Shown here: positions 24,998 to 36,637 of the stretch, one piece after another | Layout of the letters: every line of letters starts with the position of its first letter | How positions within the stretch are numbered: position 1 is the stretch's first letter | Assembly: GCA_040954595.2 (NCBI GenBank) | Contig: CM082584.2 | Coordinates: 8,447,146 to 8,511,145, forward strand | Direction: 5' to 3' | DNA: 64,000 bases | From: Balanoglossus misakiensis | Lineage: Eukaryota > Animalia > Hemichordata | Notes under the pieces: model-generated | What the model saw: only the letters and a program-made list of their open reading frames with translations | The model's database searches: none | Told to the model about the DNA's origin: nothing | Position numbers and translations under genes: made by a program

Positions 24998-26811
24998 TTA
25001 TGATTCAGTGTCACACAATGGCCCTTTGAACAACGAGAGGAGGCAGCTGACCGTCCACAGTTGCGTCGCGGATTCAACAAGGCTTACTGGCAGCAACGAG
25101 TCCAAAATGTGGTACTCCTTCACGCGTCTGATCGCCCGCTCCACGTGGACCCGCAGGCGAGCCGTTTCTTCGTCTCGGTCCGCGGCGAACCGACGCCCGG
25201 AGTCGGAGAGGAAGGGCGGAACGTTGAGAGTGACGCCCCTGGCGCTCAGCAGATCCTGGACGACAAAGCCGTCGTCGGCCATCACGCCGTCCCCCGCCTC
25301 CAACAGGTCGACGATGCCGCACTGCTTTGTGATCTCTCTCTCGGAGACGGAACCGTCGTGGAGGCCGGACACGAAGCACGGACAACCCGTCGGTTTGATC
25401 CCGACCACGCCTTTGACAGTGGAGGCGTCTTTGCGGTTAGACCCGAACTCCGAATTCACACTCGGGGAAGATGACGTCTGTAGTTTCATTTCCGCGCAGG
25501 TCAAGATCACCCGCGTTGACGGGTACATTTCTTGAAAACACTGCGGCATACACTCATCTATCTGTGATCGACTGGGCCAGATTTTAAGGGAACCCAACTG
25601 GAAATACAAGAAGTGACTCCACGTTACGATTATACGGTTCACCGTATCCTGCGACACGTTAAATCGTACGGCTAAGTCTTGCTGAAACAGTCCAAGCCTC
25701 AATTTAACTAAAAACAGAAAGAACTGATCAAGCAATGATAAACTTTCAAGGTCAAAAGAAGTTTCTGTGAACACATTCTCGTTCGTGTCACACCCCTGTG
25801 TCTGCATTTGAGTCCATAGTGTCATTTTCTCCGCCGACGGCTTCACCTCTTCAAACACCTGGTGGAACAAGGAATACGACTCGAATCCAGTATAAAATTC
25901 GATCATTTGGGGGTCGTGAGAGAATCTGACGACACAGAACTTCGGAAGAGACAAGGTGGTGAGCTGTTTCTCGAGTTTTTCTATGTAAGCCTTTGCATCT
26001 CTCAGCTTTTCTTCAGTGGATTTCTCTTTTGAGATTGACAGGCAGTCATGGTCAGCATTTGGCACAGAAGTCGGTCTTGCCACGTGTGTCTTCAATTCAT
26101 GTATATTGTCACTGTAAAAGAAACAACAAATGTAGTTGACAATGAAGCAGAAATTCTTTACATATCAATGACTATCTACACCCAGGCAAACAAGTTTCTT
26201 TTAAAATATTTTCAAAATAAGAAATCTGCCTACTAATTCAAATTGTCTATTAGCATGTTTGTGAGATGAAGACTTCGTAAGGGTTATGTACACAAAAACA
26301 GACAGATCAACTTACCGCCTTTCACTTTTGTCTGGAGTTGTCCAGCATTTAGCCATTAACTTGAGGGTTGGAACATCCTTCGTCCAACTGAAGATTGATG
26401 GCACCGCATCTTTCACTAGACACCGTTTGCCTGCCAAGGTTCGTTTAAACTCTGTTGCCTTGAAATGTGCAGAGCATACTTTTGCATTCGGTTTGATCTA
26501 TGACAGAATCAAAGGTAAGCATATTAACAACGTAGTTTTGACAGGCAAATCCCCAAACCCAGACCAAGTGTGGACTGTGGTGGAGGCCGTGTAACGCCGG
26601 GAACACACAGACCTGTACGCAGAGCTGAGTTATACAGTGCACATGAAACATACACGCTTACCTGAAAGTCAGGATCACGACCTACTGCGATAGCCCACTG
26701 CTTCCTCCTAAAAGAGTCCACCGGAAAACTGTGAAAAGATTTTTCATTGTATCTATATCTATCATCGTTCCGACACAGCGGAACACAGCAATACCATCTG
26801 ACTTTCCCCAT
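24998..26811 (-). CDS. THAP-domain + HTH + DDE_Tnp_4 (PIF/Harbinger-ISL2EU type) transposase-derived protein, 481 aa, probably catalytically inactive
   Basis: Exons 26811-26662, 26497-26316, 26111-24998. THAP: CCVPLC...FHSFP...W...VCSAHF...DAVPSIF. Then a coiled coil, FYTGF, HTH (LSLLDQFFLFLVKLRLG..QDLAVRFNVSQDTVNRI..TW) and the catalytic core RVILTCAE / VMADDGF / RVHVERAIRRVK. No stops or frameshifts; no TIRs seen. Confidence 0.9.
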
Positions 26812-27465
26812 CCCCCCGAAACGAACAGGGTTTAAATTTCTTTCTGAAAACAAGATGGCCGCCAAGCAGAGGCCCTTCCCCACTTTTACCGCTGGCTGCG
26901 CTATGCTACAAGAAAAGGGCGTCACCATGGGAACAAGTCCGAAGTTACTAGTATTTAAGTTGTAAACCGACGGTGGAGAAGTTCCTGGTCGACAACAGAT
27001 CCTAAAGCTTGTATGTTCACACAATGTCAAAGTGTTTTGTGAGTAAGAAACCATTGTCCTTGTTCCTGGGTGGATATAGTATCGATTGAAATCATGTTTG
27101 ATAAACGTCAAACCACGTGAACAGCCATTGAATATATGTGAACAATCTTGAAATGTATAAAAAATATAGGACGTTTATTGTCGACAGCAGTTTGCATGTA
27201 CTGTCGTAGAAAGATGATGTCCGGTTATAGAAACATAACATTCGTATTTGTAGATGATAGATCATACATTTTTGACGAACGAACGAAAGTAAACCGAGTC
27301 TATATGTACCAATCAGGATCCTTTGTTCATATAGTGTTTCTGTCAGCTACACTCCATTGTTCATGAATTATTCATGTGTTTATACGTTTTTTTCCAGAAT
27401 TAATGAAAGTAATAGGACTCACAAGTTTGCGCACTAACTGTTTCAGCAAACTGCAAAAATAAAGA
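26812..27465. promoter_or_regulatory. Bidirectional promoter region shared by the THAP-transposase gene and MSH4
   Basis: The two start codons are about 650 bp apart and divergent. YY1-like caagatggccgcc at 26851-26863. Confidence 0.5.
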
Positions 27466-30400
27466 ATGGCTGATACAAGAAAAGCAAGATATAGTAAGTT
27501 TTTTTTCAACTATCTGGCTAGGGGCATGACACATCCAGAGATGAGAGGGCCGGTCACTTTGACATTATTTTTTAACAATATCTTAAAATGAATGTTCGTT
27601 TATAGTTAAACATTGTATTATTAGTTTCATTCATTCATTCATTCATTCATTCATTCATTCGTTCGTTTCTTCTCAGATTTCGGTTTACTGGTGACACCAG
27701 GCGAGACCAGCACTAGCGCTGTCAACAGTGATCAGTCAACACCTGCAGTCAATCCACACGTGCTTGTTTCACAGTAAGGGATCTCGTGAAATTGTGGTTG
27801 ATTTTCAAGGGATCGCGAAAAATTTCATGTCGTGAAAATTTCCCATGTTACAGTATATGTATGCATGTACATAAATTCCTATGTGAGTTTGAGTTTGAGT
27901 CAGTAGTGTGATTACAATTATCAGTGAGTAACTGGAAATGAATGGAAATAATTCCCCGTCTTTTATTCGTTTGAGATTCAACAGATTTGGTGCATCGTCT
28001 GCCACAAGGAGCAGAACACCTGGTATGACGTGCAGTACAACACCAATGGCTGAGTCCAGCACTAGTACTACCAGCTCAGCCAATAAAACACCAGGACTGA
28101 CAGTTCGCTCGAGTAGTACTTTCGCTTTGCCGAAACACCCCGCGACCACGCCGGGTTTCCAGACGACGAGCTCCGCCAGAAGGACGCCCCGCTTCACAAC
28201 GTCCAGTCGGACACCCGGGCTGAGTACCTCTCTTTCGTCAAGCAGGACGCCAGGTGCAACGGGTCGAACACCTGGCTACACGAGCAGTCTCAGCCGAACG
28301 CCGGCGTCGTCGAGTCGTCGAGCTCTGGGTTCGTCGTCTCTGAACACAAACGCCGCTACCCCTGCACAGCAACAGCAATCGGTAATCGTCGGTAAGATAA
28401 GACCACCTCGGTTTTGATTTTCTACATCCATTGGGAGATCCGAAATCACCAGTTTTGTGTCAACCCTGTTTGCAGGGATCAGGAACGATGTAGTCTTCTG
28501 AAGGGGACATTTGATTACACATCCATAAACATGTTGCATAACCAGGTGTTTTCTGATAAATATTGAACACAAATATAAAAATAAATCCTGATGTTTGGAT
28601 CAATTTCAGCCATAGTCGAAGGACGGGGCCAGGCCAGGGGTGAAATTGGTATGTCAAGTATTGACTTGAAGAAACCGGAACTCATTGTATCACAAGTAGG
28701 TTACTTATAGTTATACCAGCCACCAGTTGTTAAAGGTATACGGTCACCTATGGGAAATTAGCTACAGTTGCCATGGCAAATGGAGATCTAGCCAATCACA
28801 GAATTTCAGTGGGTGGCACACGCGAAAATAAGAGCGCTACCATAATGTTCTGTAGAACACTCAAATACGCCATTTCAGCCATATATGGCCGTATGTAAAT
28901 TGGAGGTGACTGTATACCTTTAACATCATCATGTGTGTGATGTCATAGAAACAACTGAGCCTGTTGAACATTGATGAGAAAGCTTTTTTGCTAAATTATG
29001 GCAAACTGCTAATCCTATGGTACTCTGTCAACTGCTGCAATAAAGGTGCACGATACTCGTCACAGATACAGACTCTAGACATTGACTCCCATTCTGTTTT
29101 AGTTTTCAGATACACAGACGTACGTGCAAGTGATGACAAAACTACAGATACTGCAACCTCTGGAGGTAAAGATTCGGATGAAGAAGTTAAATCCCATGTG
29201 ATTTTATAGATCTTCAATGAGATGTGATATATTTTGTCTGCTAATTATCATTTCCTGCTCGTAGTAATATTTTTCTTTCAATTATTTCTTTTTTTAGATT
29301 ATCATGCCAAGCACAGTGTGTGAGGGTGGCAACATGACCAAGTTGTTCAAACTGATATCAGATCAGTTCCAGGGCACTAACATCTCCACTGTACAGAGAA
29401 AATACTTCAATGAGAGCAAAGGTAGGCAGGGTATATCTAACTGCTCCATCTTTGGTAGAGAATTGTGAAAATGGACAGAACGAGTAATCAGTTTTATTTC
29501 AATAAAAGGTGTACCGGTAAATTTACCTGTGCAAAGTGGAGATCTAGCAGCATATCAATTTCAGTATCGGAATTTCTTTATATATATAAATTATATCTTC
29601 GTGTTTTAGGTCTGCAGTACATCAAACATTTGTGTGTAGCTGAGTACAAAACAGTTGAAATGGAAGTCAACTCAAAGTAAGTGAAAAAACTTCAGCATAT
29701 AAGGGTGCTAATTATTTTGCAAGGTTGCATATATCATTTTCTCACCTCAAGTTCACATCACCCACCAGCAGACTATCTGTTATGTGGCACCAGAGGGCGC
29801 TGGTCATGTAATCAAATATCTCATCAACATTTTTAATTACAAAGGCAGGGTTTTACATCACTTTTTACTTTTGGGAGTCCCTGGGACTCCTAGTGTTGAA
29901 AAATGGGGGTCCTACATCAAACCATGGGGGTCCCAATTTATTTCACCAGAATATTTTATCATTTTATCAATGCTGGAAATTAGAAAATCCTTCTGTGAAT
30001 GGGCAACGGTTGTAAGAATCAATACCAATCCAAATCATAAAATGATATTGTCTACAAGATATAGGGAGTAATTCCAAGATCAACTGTAGTATGGCTAGGG
30101 GTCCCATCTTGAACATCACCTTATGAGTGACCCTTTGACCTAAAGCATATAATATGGAGAATACCAGTACATGTACTCTCAACTTGGTCTTCTTAAAGTC
30201 TTATTCGAGAAATTTGCAGCTGAATCTATATTTAAAGTTTAAGTTCAGGGTTTTCAACAAAACTAAGACTGCTGGTACTCATGGACGGAGTTGGTTTCAG
30301 AGCAATAGGAGTCTCGGTAGTTCACTGCTTGCACACAGCAAAGTGCGATATAGGCGTGATATCGTAGTGTAACTTATAATTCCCAAGAGGGTGACTGCGT

Positions 30401-33400
30401 GTACGTAAACTGTATCAAATTCATTAATAAACCAAGTTTGCTACAAGTTTGCTATGAAACTGTTATCAGTATCGATTACAGGTCATAAGGTCATTAACTG
30501 TTTAATTGACTCTCTGTGTACGCGTACACCCATTAGATATCAGGAAACGTGCAACAAGGGTCTCAACAACAGACATATTTCATGCGTCCCAGGGGACGCA
30601 TGGTTTAGTTTTTGACGGGTCCCACGCCCAGTTTTGTGCGTAAAGGACGCAGAAATGCGCGTCATGTAAAACCCTGCAAAGGTAGTAGGTAGACAGAGAT
30701 TTAGACCTGTAGAGGAGATGAAGGTAATATTAAACTTTAATGATTGAACCATCTTCATGTTTTGATATTATAACGTGATTTTTTTTCTTCTGATAATGCT
30801 AGGTATTATTGCTTAGCAACAACTGCAGCCCTGTTGAAGTACATAGAGTTTATCCAGAATATAGTGTTTGCTCCCAACTCTCTAAAAGTAGTGTTTAAAG
30901 GCAGTGAACAGACCATGATGCTGGGTAAGTATTGTCATTTGTACCTGGCTTAGCTTTGGTTTGTTTGTAAATGTAATATAAGAACATGACAGGGTTTACC
31001 GGTATATGTAGACCAGTATACACCCCACTCACTTTCTTAACAGATTATTGATGATAATTATTTTTCTTTCCATTGCAGACATTGGCACATCCACTAACCT
31101 GGAATTAATACAGAATATCAGTGATGTGAAAAGTGACCACACTTTATATGGTGTTCTCAATTATACCAAAACACCCATGGGATGTGAGTATCGCCATGGG
31201 ATTGTGAAATTCGAGCACCAAATAGTTCACAGTTATAATTTGTCAATTTTTGCATAAGTGCAAATTCAAATACCAAGTTTCTCCAAAATGAATTCATGTT
31301 TTGTACTTTTCGCTGCAGCTCGAATGTTGAGGTCCAATATCCTACAACCTCCTTGTGGTGAGTACCTGTATCGTTTATGAATCTTCTTTTATGAACCCAC
31401 AGATCCAAATCTACTGACGGAATTTTTACTGTTCACTTACATCACACCTGTATGACATGCTAGTACTTTCATGGGTCTGTCGTGTTGGAAAATTTAGTTT
31501 TCTACATGTATTTTTATTTATTAGTTATGTTTTGTATTTTTTGTGATTTCTACTCAGATTTAGAAACAATCATTTTACGACAGGACTGTGTGACAGAGCT
31601 GACAGAAAATGAAGAGATGTTTTATAATCTCCAATCTGGTAGGAACGGGATCAATCTTCTTATAGTTATACTTCTCCGTCCGTAGTGATGCTAAGAATGA
31701 GACAAAACAGTGAAAATTCAACTAAAATACGTCTACATTGTGAGAAGAATCGAATTTTGATGATGTAAATTGTGTTTATTTTTTTCTTCAGTGCTGAGTC
31801 GGTTTATCGATGTGGATCATCTGCTGTCACTGTGTGTTCAGATTCCAAAGCAAGAAAACATCAAAACGGCTGACACGCGAATCACCTGTGTCATCTATCT
31901 GAAACACACCCTGGAATTGGTTGAACCACTCCAGGTGGCTCTCAACGATTCGACCAATCAGCTTTTCAGGGCTTATCATTCGGTGAGTGCATTTTATAGG
32001 TCGCAGTGATTGATTTGAGCGCGGGATGTCCATATTTGGTAGGGTCAGTCTCAAGCCACTGTTAAAAAGTACATTTGCTGATATCACAGATATTAATGTT
32101 TTCTTTCTTTTCTTGGAATGTCATGCAGTGTTTAGGAGACGCCAGATTTGGAGTCATGTTGGAGAAATTACAGACGGTCATCCATGCTGACACCCGATTT
32201 CAGAAAGGGACACTGAATATGAGAACTCAGAAATGTTTTGCTGTCAAACCAAATATTAATGGTAAGAGATCCCCTCAACATTAATGACAAGTTGCAGCTT
32301 TGTAGAGAGATGATGTAGTTTGCATTTGACTATTTGCGGAGTGTGGTGATGGTCAAGACTTATTCCACCTGGTACAAATCCAAAGTGTGTACCATTAAAA
32401 GTGTTTTTGTAAGGAACAAAAATTTTACTTATTCATAACTTTTTTATGTTTCCAAACTTGCAGGTTTGTTAGATGTAGCCAGGCGAACGTACACCGAGAT
32501 AGTGGATGATATTGCAGGTAAAATGACAATATGAACTTCAGTGACACAAGATAGTACAGTGATATTGCTCTGTGGGAAAAGAAGATTTCTGCATGTAAAT
32601 TTGGCAATGCAGAATTTGAATTGTCTTTGCTTCACTCGGGTAAATTATAATCCTATCTTTTCAGAGATGGTGAAACAGTTGAGTGAGAAACACAGTCTAC
32701 CATTGAAGATCAGTTACAACAATACGCGTGGCTTCTTTATTCAAATGCACTGTGGTCACGACAGTGCAGTGGCAATGTCCAACTTGCCCAGTGTGTTCAT
32801 CAAAGTGGCCAAGGTCAAGAGCACTCTGAATTTTACCACTGCAGATTTGGTAAGTTTCATTTTTAGCTGTATGTATGTTTATTCTAAGGAGTAGCGCAGG
32901 GACTACCTGGTTGTTTGCAAACAAGAAACTCTGTGAATGTAAAATCATAATAGGTGGTTTGCTGGTTAAACTGCTGTATAGTACTCAGGCCAGTTATGCT
33001 TATAATCCATTTCTATCATTTTATTTTCATTTTTCACAGATAAAAATGAATGGTATGTATGATTTAATTTCTAATTTGTAACAAAACATATTGACAATAT
33101 TTTCGGGTCCACATTTGTACAGTTTTGCGGTTCTGAGTAACTGAGTTTATGAAATTTTGTTCTCTCTATAGATCGTGTCGGTGAATCCTTGAATGAGATA
33201 TACCTCATGACAAATATGTAAGTATATACTGTTCTATAGATTTGTCTAAGTTGTGGATACGGTATTTCATTTTTTAAAACACCTGATGCCCCAAAAGGCA
33301 ATCTTCGATTGCAACAAAGGTTGTAATCAGGGCAATTAACAGCATCTTAGAAGCATGTCATGCAAAATGATTTTGGTCAATGCAGATGGGTTTAGACTGA

Positions 33401-36148
33401 ACCATAGCTTAAAGATTAAATAATTCTACTAAACATTTTGATTTCTGTTACAGAGTGGTGACAGAGTTACTGAGTGAAATCAGGGAATGCATTGGTTGCC
33501 TGTACAAACTCACCGAATGCGTGGCTGTCTTGGATATGCTGGTATCATTCGCCCATGCATGTACCCTGGGCGAGTATGGTAAAGTTTTAGAAATCAGTAT
33601 TCTTTGGATATTTTTCGAGTGGATTTATAATTGGTGTTCATTTCAAATAACAACATCTGGACAGAAATAAATCTGAATGTAACGGCAATGTTTCAGCTAG
33701 GATCACTTGTACCAGTACATAGGAAGAAACGTATTTCAAACCTGATTTTTTTTTGTTCACATCAACAGTCAAACCCGAATTTACAGACACGCTAGCCATC
33801 AAGCAAGGCAGACACCCAATACTGGAGAAGATATCAGCTGAACCCCCTGTGCCCAATGACACAGTGAGTACTCCAGTACATCGACTAGGAAAGGACAGTG
33901 AAGTCTGGACTCTGTTGCCGTTAAAAGTTTCTAGATGCATAATATTTTATCATGTTTGGTGTAGTCTACATTTGCAAGAGATCTCATGTTTTTTTTCTTG
34001 TCTCTCACCCCAGTATGCCTCCGAAGACAGCAATTTTATCGTCATAACAGGGCCGAATATGGTGAGTGTTACTACCGATAAAGTTACTAACAGTGTTACC
34101 TCTAAAATGTTGCTGAAATTGTGTAGTTTTGTGAATATTTATCTGCATCAGAAAATTACAGTGTGATAACGCGATAAATTTCACTCATCATTCCAAGCCA
34201 TGCAATTTCTCTGTGAGAGACTGTACATCATTCGTGACTTGTAACAGTGAGTATTTTTCTGATATCTATACAGAGTGGAAAGTCTACTTATCTGAAACAA
34301 GTAGCACTCCTGCAGATCATGGCGCAACTTGGCTCCTTTGTACCTGCCCAGTATGCCGCATTCCGCATCGCCAATCAGCTTTTCAGTCGCATCGGCTTTG
34401 ATGATGACATAGAATCCAATGCGTCCACATTCATGGTGGAGGTGAGATGTTTACCATCTAGGAGGCAACCCATTGCAATGATATTGTCATTTTCTTTGGT
34501 CAAATTACACATTCTAGTATAATTGTAAGAAGCATTCCTGCAGGTACAAATGTAGTTATGACCTCATAGAATTAAAAGTGGCCTAGCTGTGATGTCAGAC
34601 TGACATTGGAGAATCAGTGAGCGCCCTCTATGCTATCAGCATACCTATACATTGTTTTCACGGCCAAAAGTATTAATCACATAAAATCCGCACTTCAAGT
34701 CTGTCAAAATTAGTCTTGTAATTATCAGTGTGCACATTTTTTGTCTCCAAACAGATGAGAGATGTTGCGTATATTGTAGAGAACGTCTCTGATTCATCGT
34801 TGATCATCATGGATGAACTTGCCCGAGGTGAGTGGTTTATTTATTGGTACTCCATGCAAATTATTGGAGAGAATTGTGTTTTCGTCTTCCCTCTGTCTGC
34901 TGTATTATGGGGAATTTCTAGTGTCTTGACTGAGATGGTACACTTAAACTCCTTTGGAAAATATCAATTTAACCCTACAATATAATAAGCATCACCATAT
35001 ATTGTACCCAGGGCTGTGAAGACTATTTCATACTGATTGATAATATTGCATTATTGTAGGCACCAGCCACGAGGAAGGTCTGAGCATATGCTACGCCGTG
35101 TGTGAACACCTCATAGCAGTGAAAGCGTTCACTTTCTTTGTCACACATTTCCAACAACTGACCAAACTGGCAGACCTCTATCCAAACGTCGAGAAGTAAG
35201 TCTTCAAGTTCCTTGTTTGTTCATGGTGTACTTTTGAATTCAAGTTGAGGTCCAGAATAAAAAAAATAGTTTTGAAGTTTTGTCCCTTTTTATAAAAAAC
35301 CTTCATCAGGTTATCAGCAGCTATTTGCTGTCACTTACTTAGACTGTAAAAAACAGTTTCCTCAATTTTTACATTGAAAACATCAACCCACATGATCATT
35401 CTATTTACAGCTACTGTTTGGAAATACAACAGGAGGCTGAAATGAGAGTTGGTCAGTTGAGGAGTATATCCTACTCGCATGTCCTCAAAAAGGGATCAAC
35501 TAAAGCGAAACACTACGGTGAGATACGAACGTCACATTTTTTCACTGTCAAGATTTAGTGCAACATTTTTATCATTTTCACGCATTTTTCCCCTTAATTT
35601 TAGACCGAGTGGACACAATATTCCATTGTCTGCAGGTCTCCATCATCTCCATTGTCTGTCTGAAACACTGTATCATGTACTGGTGTTATTATTCACAATG
35701 ATCTGATGCGAATTAATTGACACAGGTATTCAACTGGCAGAATCAACCACCATGCCCAGATCGGTGATAGACACAGCAAAAGAGACTGTGGAGAAATTAA
35801 CAAAACAAGAGCAGGTAGGCATGCCACATCTTCTCACTATTAAATTTGTCAAAATGTCTCCCGCAAATCAAAAATTGTAATCCTTGGGGGGGGGGGGGTG
35901 AGACATGTTTTACATAGTGCAAGTAACTGAGAAAAGCAGACTTGATGTTCTTGTCTTTATCAACCCTATGTCAGGTCGACAGTGCAGACAGCGCTGAACG
36001 TCGCCAGGAGAGGGCAGAATTCAAGCTGGCCACCAGACTGGTGCAAGTGGCAAGGAACTCTCGACTAGACGGCGATGGCCTGAAAAGTTACCTCCAAGCT
36101 TTGCGCGCCCAGTACTACAAGGAATGCGGTGGCATTCCAGAAGAATAA
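27466..36148 (+). CDS. MSH4: MutS protein homolog 4 (meiotic MutS-gamma subunit)
   Basis: Multi-exon gene starting 27466-27493, 27677-27773, 27985-28391. Motifs [66 protein letters not shown], Walker A ITGPNM|[43 protein letters not shown]. Final exon ends ...GGIPEE* at 36148. Confidence 0.96.
27627..27660 (+). repeat. (CATT)n tetranucleotide microsatellite
   Basis: About 8 tandem catt/ttca units just upstream of the MSH4 exon 2 acceptor. Confidence 0.9.
28734..28919. mobile_element. Kolobok-like MITE (186 bp) in an MSH4 intron
   Basis: TTAA on both sides (28730-28733, 28920-28923). 16-bp TIRs aggtatacggtcacct / aggtgactgtatacct with 1 mismatch and 5'-AG termini. Confidence 0.8.
29846..30676. 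mobile_element. Non-autonomous hAT-like DNA transposon (831 bp) in an MSH4 intron
   Basis: TIRs cagggttttacat / atgtaaaaccctg. Identical 6-bp flanks caaagg at 29840-29845 and 30677-30682. No transposase ORF inside. Confidence 0.8.
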
Positions 36149-36228
36149 ACAACCACTTTTATCAGTGGGAATTTAACGCAGTGTTTTGACCAAATCAAAG
36201 CTGTGTTTATAGAAAAGAAGTGTAACAT

Positions 36229-36637
36229 ACGTCCGTGAAGTTGGCCTCATCCTCATCCTCATCCTCAGCTTGGCGACCCAGCCTCAGCTTTGTGACCCCA
36301 GGAAGTAATCTTCAGGAGCGAATAAAAACTCCCGAGAGAAAATTGCTTCGAGGTCAAAGTTCATTGCAAATTTCAATAAAAACATCAAAATTATCGTGAA
36401 TTTCGGATATCTGATGTGATCTAAAAGAAGCGAAAGCGATATGGGTAAAGTATTTACATGGGATAGTCTAAATAATTGATTGGATTTCTTATTTTGACTC
36501 TATTTGTTCTACCTGCCGATAATTTTGATGTTAATCTTCCTGGGGTCACGAAGCTGAGGCTGGGGTCACGAAGGGTCAAGAAGCTGAGGCTGGGGTCACG
36601 AAGCTGACAATGAGGATGAGGCCAACTTCACGGACGT
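36229..36637. mobile_element. MITE/foldback element with long subterminally repeated TIRs, immediately 3' of the MSH4 stop
   Basis: acgtccgtgaagttggcctcatcctca... / ...tgaggatgaggccaacttcacggacgt (27 bp perfect), extended by repeated cagcctcagctt-tgacccca / tggggtcacgaagctgaggc units. TSD not identified. Confidence 0.8.

Noticed and set aside
24978-25535. Long plus-strand and alternative-frame ORFs overlapping the transposase core
   Set aside because: Shadow ORFs caused by GC-rich codon usage of the real minus-strand gene.
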